Origin: a virus
DNA length: 64,000 nucleotides
IMG/VR virus record: IMGVR_UViG_3300020578_000011
Direction: 5' to 3' (one strand)
Shown one piece after another: positions 29,328 to 39,110 of this stretch. Every line of letters starts with the position of its first letter. Position 1 is the first letter of the stretch. Made by a program: the position numbers and the translations under genes. A model generated the notes under the pieces. The model saw only the letters and a list, made by a program, of their open reading frames with translations, was not told where the DNA came from and made no database searches.

Positions 29328-29333
29328 TATAAT
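29323..29333 (+). promoter_or_regulatory. Extended -10 promoter TGTGATATAAT
   Basis: Perfect TRTG-n-TATAAT just upstream of ATG 29341, which implies a near-leaderless transcript. Confidence 0.55.
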
Positions 29334-29340
29334 AAACACT

Positions 29341-29769
29341 ATGAACAAGCTAGATGAAATTAAAGAAAAATTAAATTTATTAAAAGCAAACCTAATGCCA
29401 AGTCTGCGCATGCCCGGCCCTTCTATTCCAAAACCTAAAACACCATCAATGGCTGCGTCTAGTAAAAAAAATCCAATAAAAGTAGCAGAGCAAATAAAAT
29501 CACCAGAGGCAAAGCAATTTGCAATGAGAAGTGCTATTGCCCAAGTAAAATCTCAAACAAATCAATTAGCATTTAAATCTGAAGATTCAAATCAAAAATT
29601 TCATGTACTTATTGATAATCAACTAGTAAATCAAGAACCTATTAGTCAAGATGAAATAAAATCTAAGTATAAACCTGAAATAGAAACAGGCAGAATACAA
29701 ATTGTTCCAATCGTACAGGAACAATTAAGCATGTCTCCTAGTGGACAGTGGCGGCTTAAAAAGGTGTAA
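29341..29769 (+). CDS. Hypothetical protein with SGQWRLxK motif (probable head-internal protein)
   Basis: Pro/Lys-rich; shares the GQW motif with ORFs at 59030, 59986 and 63236. Confidence 0.6.
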   Translation: MNKLDEIKEKLNLLKANLMPSLRMPGPSIPKPKTPSMAASSKKNPIKVAEQIKSPEAKQFAMRSAIAQVKSQTNQLAFKSEDSNQKFHVLIDNQLVNQEPISQDEIKSKYKPEIETGRIQIVPIVQEQLSMSPSGQWRLKKV

Positions 29770-29770
29770 T

Positions 29771-30409
29771 TTGAAAATAATATTAAGCTTTGATCCTGCA
29801 GAGTCAACTGGATTTGCTGTTGCTCATGTAGATCAAAATGTTTGTAACATTGTAGAATATGGTTTTATCGATATAGACACCTCTTCCGTCTATATGGGAG
29901 ATTGGTGCATCGATTTACAAAATAAAATAGAAGAAATATCAAATAGAATCAAGCCAGATCAAATAGTTGTAGAGGATTATTTTTTTGGCAGTAGATTTTC
30001 TTCAGGGGCAAATGTAAACCCAGCGTATAGAGCAGCTATACATATATGGTGTAGAAAAAAGAATCTTCATTATGAAATTTTAAACATATCTAATTGGAAA
30101 ATTTTTATAGCAGGAAGAACGACTCCAACTAAAGAGCAAAAACAAAAATGGGGAAAAGAACCTGCAAAAAAACTAATGATTGTAGAATCTCTTTGGAAGA
30201 GATGGGGAATTAGATTTCCAAATCATTCAATATCTTCAAGAACAAATAAACCAATAATTTTTAGATATGATATAGCAGATGCTGTTTCTCAAGCAATGTA
30301 TGGAGCTTTTTTATTATATAAAACAAATGTTTTTAATTGTCTAGTTGATGTCCCACAAGATATCGAGTTTAAGAAAAATAGCAAAAGAACATACACATAT
30401 ATTGAATAG
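29771..30409 (+). CDS. RuvC-like Holliday junction resolvase
   Basis: ILSFDP...TG, IVVEDY, W+..I.G...TK and DIADA acidic residues; probable TTG start. Confidence 0.8.
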   Translation: MKIILSFDPAESTGFAVAHVDQNVCNIVEYGFIDIDTSSVYMGDWCIDLQNKIEEISNRIKPDQIVVEDYFFGSRFSSGANVNPAYRAAIHIWCRKKNLHYEILNISNWKIFIAGRTTPTKEQKQKWGKEPAKKLMIVESLWKRWGIRFPNHSISSRTNKPIIFRYDIADAVSQAMYGAFLLYKTNVFNCLVDVPQDIEFKKNSKRTYTYIE

Positions 30410-30447
30410 GTATAACAAAAATAGATCTTAAAAGGAGGATTTGTGAA

Positions 30448-30762
30448 ATGGCTAAGGAAAAGAAAATCAATTTAGGTAAAGCAGAACAGGTTCTTAGTAA
30501 AACCTTTTGTGATAATCACAAAGACGTAACCGAGGACGAGGCCGCGGATCTTGTTGTAAAAGCAGAGATGCGAGTTAAGGCATTAAAAGAAGAACGAGAC
30601 AATGATGAAAAGCTAAAAGCCGCAAAGCAAATTGTCGCAGATCTGGGCTCTGGATACAAAGCTGCTATTGATTATGAAAAGGCAAAGATAGATTTCTTGT
30701 TAGAAAGAATTAGTGAAATTCAGAATGATGAAGCAAATCCATCTTCTAGTTTAAAAGGATAA
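30448..30762 (+). CDS. Hypothetical coiled-coil protein
   Basis: Strong AGGAGG RBS, 104 aa. Confidence 0.8.
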   Translation: MAKEKKINLGKAEQVLSKTFCDNHKDVTEDEAADLVVKAEMRVKALKEERDNDEKLKAAKQIVADLGSGYKAAIDYEKAKIDFLLERISEIQNDEANPSSSLKG

Positions 30763-30765
30763 TCT

Positions 30766-31002
30766 ATGTTTTATAGATTTTTTTTAATATATTTATTATT
30801 ATTGTCTTCTAATGTTTTTGCAAAACCTGTAAAAGAAACACCAAACAATTCCAAACCAACAGATTTACATTGCTATTATTCTTCATATAAATTAAAAAAG
30901 AATGAAGAAATGAAAGATGTAAAAGTGAAAATTTGTAGTACAGGTTCTGTTAAAACAGAAAAAAGTAAAAAATCATCACTTTCAGATAGAAAATCTAAAT
31001 AG
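30766..31002 (+). CDS. Small secreted protein with signal peptide
   Basis: MFYRFFLIYLLLLSSNVFA signal peptide ending in VFA; two Cys residues. Confidence 0.55.
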   Translation: MFYRFFLIYLLLLSSNVFAKPVKETPNNSKPTDLHCYYSSYKLKKNEEMKDVKVKICSTGSVKTEKSKKSSLSDRKSK

Positions 31003-31051
31003 TTTTTGTTTTACTTTTAAATACTTAAAAACATTTATTTGATGTATAATG

Positions 31052-31078
31052 ACCCTGTATGTAAAATACAGGGTTTTT
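31052..31078 (+). terminator. Rho-independent terminator
   Basis: accctgtat-gtaaa-atacagggt followed by a T-run. Confidence 0.7.
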
Positions 31079-31132
31079 AATTTTGTTTATTATATAATAA
31101 ATATAATATTGTATGTTATTAAGGAAAAATAA

Positions 31133-32737
31133 ATGAAAAAAGCAGATAAAAAAATTTCTATAATAAAATGTTATGCAAAATTAGCAAAACAATTAAAAAG
31201 ACATGTACAAAATGAAGATTTAAATTCTGTTGGAATAACCAGAGATATGGTTTCCCATCATTTTGGATCTCTGTCGAATTTAGAAAAAATAGCAAGAGAA
31301 AAACATCCAGGATATTTTTTTGATGTAACAGTAGAGTCTCTTCATTCACCAAAGGCTCTGCAAGATCTTAGAGATATAGTTAAAAATAAAAAGAAATTTA
31401 TAATAACAACGGCTGTCCAAGGGTGCGAAGTTCATAAAGACTTTTATAAGTCAATAAAACAATACTGCAATATGAACGATGCTCATTTATTAGTTATCGT
31501 TGCCTCTGACCCAGCAGCCTCTCATGGAGGAAAATGGGGAACAATATCTGCTCAGTTAGCAAATGAAACTATAATAATAGAAGATACTAGATTAAATTCC
31601 AATGTTTTTATTAGTACCATAAAACTATCTGCAAAGCATATAGATCCCACAACCGGGCTTGGACGAATAGGTCAGAGAAATGGAACTTTCATATATGCTT
31701 CTCCTAAACAAAGGCTTAAACCCGTTCCCGTTAGTAATTCTAAACTACCTCATTTTATGATGACCACAGGGGCCATAACTTCTCCGGATTACAATACAGA
31801 ATCATACATGTCACAACGCACTGCGTATATCGCACAACATGATCATGTAATGGGTGCTGTTGTTTTTGAGATAGAAGACGATGAAACATATCACTTTACT
31901 CAAATACAAGCAGATTCAAGAGGTCATTTTATAGATCGTGGTTATATATATAGACCAACAGGAAGATCCATAGTAAGACCAGAAGGTTTTGTGCTTGGAG
32001 ATTGGCATTCTGGTGTCACAGATCCAACCGCTAAACAAACATGGGAAGAAGTTTCAAAAGAAATGAAACCCAAAAGAATAATTCTTCATGATGCTTTTGA
32101 TGGATTATCTATAAACCACCATGAAGAAAAAAACCACATATTAAGAGCTAAAAGATCAAAACTTGATCAACTTTCATTAGAAAATGAACTAAAAAAATTC
32201 TCACAGGATTTACTATATCTTTCAGAAATGTGTGATGAGCTCGTGATTGTCAAATCTAATCACGATTTGTTTTTAGCAAGATATCTGTCTGAGGGCAAGT
32301 ACGTAAAAGATCCCTTGAATCATAGAATATCTCTAGTTTTAGCATTAAAAATGCTAGATGGAGAAGACCCCCTAAAGGCAGCCGTTGAAATGAATATAGA
32401 TAACGATACTAAAAAATTATCCAAAATTAAATTTCTAAAAACAGAAGAAGATTATAAAATAGAAGGCATACAATGCGGAGCACATGGTCACCAGGGGCCA
32501 AATGGATCTAGAGGAAATGTTGCAAACATGGAAATAGCATATGGAAATTCCGTAACTGGACATTCCCATTCTCCAGAAATATTGAGAGGAGCGTGGCAAG
32601 TTGGTACTTCTTCTTACTTAAAACTAGAATATAACTCAGGTGGAGCTTCATCCTGGCTTCATTCTTCCTGTTTGATATGGCCAGGAGGTACAAGACAATT
32701 GATAAATTCAATTAATGGAAAATGGCGCATTAAATAA
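31133..32737 (+). CDS. Calcineurin-like metallophosphoesterase, T5 A1-like
   Basis: GDWH, HDAFDG, SNHD, HGH and GHSH motifs. The N-terminal KFIITTA and TTGAIT blocks match my recollection of the T5 A1 family. Confidence 0.65.
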   Translation: MKKADKKISIIKCYAKLAKQLKRHVQNEDLNSVGITRDMVSHHFGSLSNLEKIAREKHPGYFFDVTVESLHSPKALQDLRDIVKNKKKFIITTAVQGCEVHKDFYKSIKQYCNMNDAHLLVIVASDPAASHGGKWGTISAQLANETIIIEDTRLNSNVFISTIKLSAKHIDPTTGLGRIGQRNGTFIYASPKQRLKPVPVSNSKLPHFMMTTGAITSPDYNTESYMSQRTAYIAQHDHVMGAVVFEIEDDETYHFTQIQADSRGHFIDRGYIYRPTGRSIVRPEGFVLGDWHSGVTDPTAKQTWEEVSKEMKPKRIILHDAFDGLSINHHEEKNHILRAKRSKLDQLSLENELKKFSQDLLYLSEMCDELVIVKSNHDLFLARYLSEGKYVKDPLNHRISLVLALKMLDGEDPLKAAVEMNIDNDTKKLSKIKFLKTEEDYKIEGIQCGAHGHQGPNGSRGNVANMEIAYGNSVTGHSHSPEILRGAWQVGTSSYLKLEYNSGGASSWLHSSCLIWPGGTRQLINSINGKWRIK

Positions 32738-32750
32738 AAAAGGAAGATTT

Positions 32751-35700
32751 ATGCGAAATCTTCTGTTTCTAGATACAGAAACAACAGGTCTCGACTCCAG
32801 ACGTCACGATATAATTCAATTAGCATGTATTCCAATAATAAACGGCTCTAGGCAGCCTTATTTTAATGAATATGCAAAACCTAATGATTTTTCTGTGATT
32901 GAACAGGAAGCAATTTCTGTTCATGGAATAGATATTGAAAGAATGAAGACCTTTCAAGATCAGAGAAAGATGCTAGATAAGTTTATATCTTATATTAAGT
33001 CGTTTAATATTAAATTTACAATAGCGGGATATAATGTTGGTTTTGATAAGGGTTTTATTAGTGCTCTTTTTGCAAAACACAATATGTCATCTTTGTATCA
33101 CGAGCTGTTTACGCCGGATACTCACGATGTGTATCGTAGAATAAAAGCAATCAAAGAAAAAAACAACATAGGATCACTTAAACTTTCTAAAGCGTGTGAG
33201 ATGTTTGGAATAGAAATCAATGCCCATGATGCTCTTTCGGATATATCTGCAACAATAGATTTAGATATTATAGTTTCAAATTTATTACAAGACAATATTG
33301 AACATAAAGAACACATAGACATAGTTGATCATGTTTTTGAAGACTGTGCACATATTCATCTACATTCTGAATATAGTAATATAGATTCTATAATCTCAAT
33401 AGAAGACTGGGCAAGATGGGCTTTAAAAAATAAAGTAAAATACATTTCTTTTCCAGATCACGGATGGGCAGTTTCTTTATTTAAATCATTAAATACTACT
33501 TCTATAGTGGAAAAAATAAATAAAGAAGATAGTTCTAATTACGATGTACAATTATTGACAATAGTTCCTGCAATCAGCATAAATGCTAAATTTGAAAATT
33601 CAGATTTCTTTTTTAGACTAAATGCATGGGCAGTTTCTGATAAGGGTTACAAAAATCTTATCAAACTATCATCGCTTGGGTGGGATAACAAAACAATAGA
33701 TGGCGATAATTATATTCCAGTTGTAAAAATTGAACAAATTAAAAAATATTTAGAAGGAGTTTTAATTGGGACAGCTTGCGAAAAAGGAGCACTTTCTAGC
33801 GTTATACATGGCAGTAGTACTGATGAAGTTGAGAGTACTTTATTGAAATTATATGAAATTTTTGGCAAATCACTAATAATAGAATTTTTACCAATTGACA
33901 TATATAAAACATATGATCCTAAAATTGGTTTTAGAAGTAATAAAAACACAGATCTGATTCCAGATGGCAACCATGGAAAATTCATCAATAATGTTTTATT
34001 TAATTTTGTAAACAAATATAATGTAAATTATATAGTTTCAACTGCTGCTCACTTTATAGACAAAGAAGACAAAATACTGCAAGACATTGTGTCGCGATCT
34101 TCGTTTAAAGATGGTCGTTATTTCTACGAATCTAGACATCAAAAAAACTATTCTGAATGTTTTTCTATTTTAAATAGACATATTGGCGATAACTTTACTG
34201 TTGATTTTATGAAAAAAGCTATACAAAATGCAGAAAAAATAGGTGAACTTTCTAGTTCTATAAATATAAAACATGAATACCATCTGCCCAAAATCGACAT
34301 TTCTGATTCTATAAAGAAAAAAACAAATGACTACAATCAGCAACTTTATTATTTATTAATGGCAAAAATAAAAGAACATAATAGATGGATAGACGATCCC
34401 GTTTATATTGCCAGATTTAAAAAAGAATTAGATGTAATATGGAAAAATGAAAAATTAAATTTTATACCATATTTCTTATTATATGAAGACATTGGAAGCT
34501 ATGCAAGGTCCAACGGGATAATTCAAAACATAGGAAGAGGATCTGCTGGTGGTTGTTTGATTTCTTATTATCTAAAAATAATTCATGTAGACCCGATAAA
34601 GGAAGATATTCCATTTGAACGTTTCTTAAGCCATGCAAGAATAAGGGCAGGAAGTTTTCCTGATATAGATGCAGATTTTGGAGCAAGAGCGCCTATTTTG
34701 AAATATTTAAAAGAAAAATATAAACTTGGTTTTGCTCAAATAGGAACTATTCAAAAATTTAAAACAAAATATGCAATAAAAGAAACAATGTTTGCCATAT
34801 ATGGTAGAAATCGCAATGATTTTGAAATTTTAGATATATGTAAATCCATACCAGACTCCCCGCAAGGGATAGATGAGTCTGATTTTTTATATGGCTACAC
34901 CGATTCAGAGGGCGAATATCACACAGGCCACTTGCAGCAAAACAATCAACTTCAGGCGTTTTTTAAACAATATCCAGAAGCAGAAAAAACAGTAAGTAGA
35001 TTAATTGGCTTGCCAAAAGAAATAGGACGACACGCTTCTGCCTTTGTTATTTCGACATTGGATCTTTCTCATGAAAGAGTCCCTACTTTACAAATGGAAG
35101 ACGATGAACTAGGTCAAGTAACTGTTACTCAATTTGATGCTCTTATGATAGAAAAATTAGGTTTGGTTAAAGCAGATATATTACGAGTAACTACTATTAA
35201 TACAATTAAAGAATGTGTGGATTTAATTAAAGAAAGAACAAATAAAGATTTACTTGAAGAAGACGACAAAGGCGTGCAAGAAATATATAGATTACCAGAA
35301 GATCGAACAGTGTTTAAGGATTTCTATGATAGAAAAACAGATTCATCGTTTCAATTTAACACAGATCTTATTAAAGGATATGTAAAAGAATTTGCACCAG
35401 AATCTATAAAAGACCTAAGCAATCTAACCGCTCTTTGCCGTCCTGGTGCATTAGATGCTGCTTTTTTAGACACAACTGCAACTCAATATTATATTGATGT
35501 TAGAAATGGAAGAAGATCGTTAGAATATGTTCATCCAGATTTAGAATTAATTTTAAAAAAAACAAATGGTGTTTTCGTATATCAAGAAGATGTTATGCGC
35601 TTTCTAGTTGAATTTGTAGGTTATTCTTTAGAAAAATCTGATCAAATTCGTTCTGCTATTGCAAAGAAAAAACGCGACGTTATAATGAAAACATTTGAAG

Positions 35701-36734
35701 ATGTTAGATCAGCATTAAAACCTAAAAACTGGACAGATCAACAAATTGAAACAATAAATCAACAAATTTTAGCTTTTAGCTCATATTCTTTTAACCTATC
35801 TCATAGTTTTTGTTATGGCAAATTAGGCTATATTAGTATGTATTTAAAACATTACTACCCATTAGAATGGTGGTCCAGTGAGTTAAATAATTCAGGAGAG
35901 CAAAAAATTAGACACTATGTAACTGTTTTAGGAAATATGATAACAGCTCCAACCCTCGCTGTTCCTTCTGATAGGTTTATAATAATGGAAGATAAAATAG
36001 CAGCCCCCTTATCTGTAGTCAAGGGAGTCGGAGCATCTGCCATTAAAGAATTAACTGCAAAAGGACCATTTAAAAACATAGATGATTATATTGAAAGAGT
36101 GGATCATTCAAAAGCAAATGCTGGTGTTTTTTTAGCATTAATTGCCGCTCGAGCTGTTGATTGTTTTATGGATAAGGATTTAGATTATATTTTGGCAAGA
36201 AAAAAAATAGTTGAATATTATTTTAAAAAAAGAAAAACAAAAAAAGTAATAGAAAATCCAAAAACAATGCTAGAGGTGTTTTTAGAAGAAAGAGAAATAA
36301 ATAAATGTTTTAATAAAACAATTTTATCAATTCCAGAAATTCAATCAATCGCATATAAAAACTGGCCCGCATTATCTTCAACTAATAGCAAGGCAATTCC
36401 AATGAGAATGGGTGATGTTATTGTTCTTGGTAATGTAAAAATTGCAAAGGGATTGTTGCAAAAACAAGATATTTCAGAAATAGGTTTTATTGGTTTGTAT
36501 GAAGGATCTGAATCTAAATCTGGTATTTCTAAAAAATCAGGAAGACCGTGGTCAAATGTTGTTGTAAAAATATCTGACGGCCTTTCTTCAATAGATTGCG
36601 TTTGGTGGGATAAGAATAAACCATTAAAATATAAAATAAATTCAATTGTATATATAAGAGGCAGACTTAAAACAGATTGGAAAGGAAACCCATCAATTGA
36701 AATAATGGATATAGAAAAGGTTGCAGAAATGTGA
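32751..36734 (+). CDS. dnaE: DNA polymerase III alpha with fused N-terminal DEDDh 3'-5' exonuclease
   Basis: DTETTG, YNVGFD and HDALSD (exonuclease); HLHSEYS and DHG (PHP); GRGSAGG, PDIDADF and KADIL (polymerase); C-terminal OB fold. Confidence 0.95.
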   Translation: MRNLLFLDTETTGLDSRRHDIIQLACIPIINGSRQPYFNEYAKPNDFSVIEQEAISVHGIDIERMKTFQDQRKMLDKFISYIKSFNIKFTIAGYNVGFDKGFISALFAKHNMSSLYHELFTPDTHDVYRRIKAIKEKNNIGSLKLSKACEMFGIEINAHDALSDISATIDLDIIVSNLLQDNIEHKEHIDIVDHVFEDCAHIHLHSEYSNIDSIISIEDWARWALKNKVKYISFPDHGWAVSLFKSLNTTSIVEKINKEDSSNYDVQLLTIVPAISINAKFENSDFFFRLNAWAVSDKGYKNLIKLSSLGWDNKTIDGDNYIPVVKIEQIKKYLEGVLIGTACEKGALSSVIHGSSTDEVESTLLKLYEIFGKSLIIEFLPIDIYKTYDPKIGFRSNKNTDLIPDGNHGKFINNVLFNFVNKYNVNYIVSTAAHFIDKEDKILQDIVSRSSFKDGRYFYESRHQKNYSECFSILNRHIGDNFTVDFMKKAIQNAEKIGELSSSINIKHEYHLPKIDISDSIKKKTNDYNQQLYYLLMAKIKEHNRWIDDPVYIARFKKELDVIWKNEKLNFIPYFLLYEDIGSYARSNGIIQNIGRGSAGGCLISYYLKIIHVDPIKEDIPFERFLSHARIRAGSFPDIDADFGARAPILKYLKEKYKLGFAQIGTIQKFKTKYAIKETMFAIYGRNRNDFEILDICKSIPDSPQGIDESDFLYGYTDSEGEYHTGHLQQNNQLQAFFKQYPEAEKTVSRLIGLPKEIGRHASAFVISTLDLSHERVPTLQMEDDELGQVTVTQFDALMIEKLGLVKADILRVTTINTIKECVDLIKERTNKDLLEEDDKGVQEIYRLPEDRTVFKDFYDRKTDSSFQFNTDLIKGYVKEFAPESIKDLSNLTALCRPGALDAAFLDTTATQYYIDVRNGRRSLEYVHPDLELILKKTNGVFVYQEDVMRFLVEFVGYSLEKSDQIRSAIAKKKRDVIMKTFEDVRSALKPKNWTDQQIETINQQILAFSSYSFNLSHSFCYGKLGYISMYLKHYYPLEWWSSELNNSGEQKIRHYVTVLGNMITAPTLAVPSDRFIIMEDKIAAPLSVVKGVGASAIKELTAKGPFKNIDDYIERVDHSKANAGVFLALIAARAVDCFMDKDLDYILARKKIVEYYFKKRKTKKVIENPKTMLEVFLEEREINKCFNKTILSIPEIQSIAYKNWPALSSTNSKAIPMRMGDVIVLGNVKIAKGLLQKQDISEIGFIGLYEGSESKSGISKKSGRPWSNVVVKISDGLSSIDCVWWDKNKPLKYKINSIVYIRGRLKTDWKGNPSIEIMDIEKVAEM

Positions 36735-36841
36735 AGAATAAAAAATTTTACTATGCATTTTTTAAACTTTTGTATAAGATTAATATGATAAATTCAAAGA
36801 TCCTGTCAAGGATATATTCTAATTATTTGGAGGATGGTTTA

Positions 36842-37408
36842 ATGGATAGTGTTTTTATTAAAGTTGAAAAAAAGCCAGATTTTGTTTCTGATAAAGAATT
36901 AGTTATTACAAATCTAAATTTTCTAGATGAAGTAAAAAAATGCAAAACCCCTAAGCCTGCTACTGATATTTTAGGTATTAATTATATTAGAAATGTAGCA
37001 GAAGAAATAGCTAAAAAATACGATAATACATTCAATGCATATCGTAATATAGTTCCTTCTGAACATGTCGGGGTTCGATGTGAAACAGAAGAACAACTTG
37101 CTGTTGTAATTCAAAAAATGTTTCTTTCAACATATCCACAAATTTTAGATAAATATGTAGAACATCAATTAAGAAAAAGACCTATTTCTACAAGAGTTGT
37201 GTATGCAGTTGGCCATTTTAATAATTATGATGTTTTTCTTAAATTAGGTATTTCAGAAATATCTGAAAAAGAATTAGATGCGTATATAGGGGATGCAAGG
37301 GCAGAAGCCGTGGAGACTATTGTTGAAAATGTAGAATTAAAAGAAACTGAATTAGAAAAAGAAGATAAATCAAATACATTTTCAAATTTTTTTAAACTTA
37401 AAAAATAA
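36842..37408 (+). CDS. Hypothetical protein
   Basis: GGAGG RBS before ATG 36842. The track start at 36731 is probably too long. Confidence 0.7.
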   Translation: MDSVFIKVEKKPDFVSDKELVITNLNFLDEVKKCKTPKPATDILGINYIRNVAEEIAKKYDNTFNAYRNIVPSEHVGVRCETEEQLAVVIQKMFLSTYPQILDKYVEHQLRKRPISTRVVYAVGHFNNYDVFLKLGISEISEKELDAYIGDARAEAVETIVENVELKETELEKEDKSNTFSNFFKLKK

Positions 37409-37447
37409 TTTATATAACAATCGCTTAAATAGGCACAGGAGGAAAAT

Positions 37448-38632
37448 ATGGCTAAGATTAGTTTAAATATGAATTCTCTTAAAGAGAAGAAAGAATGGAA
37501 ACGACACGCTGTCAATAGTGGAGATAATGTTTATAGAATACTTCCACCATTTGGCAATTCAGCAGATGGGTATCCATATCGTCGGTGGGTGCTTGTGTGG
37601 CTGACCGATCCTCAAACAGGTAGATTAAGACCATTTTCTTCTCCCTTTTCTTTTAATCAAAAACAATGTCCAGTTTATGATTATGTTAATCAATTAGAAA
37701 ATTTATTTAAAAAAGAAGAAGCCAGAATGGTGTCTTCTGGTGAATATTCTAAAGAAGAAATTAGAGAGTATCTTAAACCTATTTCTGAAATTCTTTGGAA
37801 AATAAAACCAAAAACAACATATCTTTACAATGCATGTAACAAATCTGGAGAGGTTGGTCTTTTAGAGCTAAAGAAAACAGCACACGATGCGATTAAAAAA
37901 CAAATGATGCAATATGTAACCGATTATGGCCAAGATCCGACATCGCTCAACTCAGATGCAGACGATTCTGGTGTTTGGTTTAAAATTACTAGAACAGGAG
38001 AAAAAACAGATACAGAATACTCTGTTACCAAGAATCAAATAAAGTATAGAGATCCTAATACAGGTAAGATTTCCTGGGCAGATGATCAAGAACCATTATC
38101 GGATAATGTTGTTGATAATTATGAAGACTTAGGATATGATCTTTCTACAGTCTATCGTCAAATATCATATGATGAACTAAAAGAAGTATTGTTAGCAAAC
38201 GTAGAGCCATTGATCAATGAATATCCAATTCTTAGAATAGAGGGTTTTGATGTTGTAAATAAAAATACTCGGAGTACGGCCAATGTGGTGGTTGATAAAG
38301 AACAAAAGGACGAAAGTCCGATACACAAGGGCTCTCTATATACGAGTGTACGGTCCGTTCGCGGGCAAGCACATGATGATGGAAATCACTCTGGAAAGAT
38401 TGAAAATCAAACCCAAAAACATGTACAGATTCACGGACCTGGAAATCCTCAACGACAGGCTTTACATACTAACGTATCATCCAAAAAACCTATGGTTAAG
38501 ATTCAAGAAGAAGATGAATCTGCTGATGAGGATGTTTATCTAAAGCCTTTAAAGACTACTCAAAAAAATAATACAAAATTATCTACTCAAGATGATGTAT
38601 TTGACTATGCAGACGCAATTTTAAACAGTTGA
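37448..38632 (+). CDS. Single-stranded DNA-binding protein (T4 gp32-like)
   Basis: YRILPP, CPVYDY, G..F.ITRTG..T.Y.V motifs and an acidic C-tail. Located next to UvsY and RecA. Confidence 0.75.
   Translation: MAKISLNMNSLKEKKEWKRHAVNSGDNVYRILPPFGNSADGYPYRRWVLVWLTDPQTGRLRPFSSPFSFNQKQCPVYDYVNQLENLFKKEEARMVSSGEYSKEEIREYLKPISEILWKIKPKTTYLYNACNKSGEVGLLELKKTAHDAIKKQMMQYVTDYGQDPTSLNSDADDSGVWFKITRTGEKTDTEYSVTKNQIKYRDPNTGKISWADDQEPLSDNVVDNYEDLGYDLSTVYRQISYDELKEVLLANVEPLINEYPILRIEGFDVVNKNTRSTANVVVDKEQKDESPIHKGSLYTSVRSVRGQAHDDGNHSGKIENQTQKHVQIHGPGNPQRQALHTNVSSKKPMVKIQEEDESADEDVYLKPLKTTQKNNTKLSTQDDVFDYADAILNS
38283..38543 (+). CDS. Candidate overprinted gene in the +1 frame of the SSB tail (86 aa, basic)
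   Basis: GGAG 8 nt before the ATG; local GC rise and atypical SSB codons across the overlap. Confidence 0.35.
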   Translation: MWWLIKNKRTKVRYTRALYIRVYGPFAGKHMMMEITLERLKIKPKNMYRFTDLEILNDRLYILTYHPKNLWLRFKKKMNLLMRMFI

Positions 38633-38639
38633 GGATAAG

Positions 38640-39110
38640 ATGTCCATAGACATCGTTTCTATCGAGGGAGGCTTGGACTCCCTCGATTTGCAAAAAATAG
38701 CTTCTTATACTAGAAAATTAACAGATATTGGGTCTAGTTTTAATAAAATGCTAGCTCCAAATTATCTTCGTGATTTTATAATTGGATATGATATATCATC
38801 TGTAATGTTGGCAAAGGCAATAGAATACGAAATGAAAGCAAAAACCGCAGTTGAAACAGCAGAAGCTATTGCTTATTTAGATAGAGCTCCAGATTATTTT
38901 AAAACTAAAAATGAAAAACCAACCGTAGAATCCCGAAAAGCATACGTTTCATTAGATCCCGATGTTCAAAAAGCAAAAGAAATACACGCCAGAGCTGTTG
39001 CGATGTGTTCTTTATTAAAGAATAAAGTTCAAGAATTTAGACATGCAATAGACATAACAAGAGATATGTCAAAAGACGGCTACTCAACTCCATATGAGGG
39101 GATGCGATAA
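38640..39110 (+). CDS. UvsY-like recombination mediator
   Basis: Helical protein with KPTVESRKAYVSLDPDV; lies between SSB and RecA. Confidence 0.55.
   Translation: MSIDIVSIEGGLDSLDLQKIASYTRKLTDIGSSFNKMLAPNYLRDFIIGYDISSVMLAKAIEYEMKAKTAVETAEAIAYLDRAPDYFKTKNEKPTVESRKAYVSLDPDVQKAKEIHARAVAMCSLLKNKVQEFRHAIDITRDMSKDGYSTPYEGMR

Noticed and set aside
38300-38365. Hammerhead ribozyme suggested by ggac-gaaa-gtcc
   Set aside because: No CUGANGA core in the required position; it is only a GNRA hairpin.
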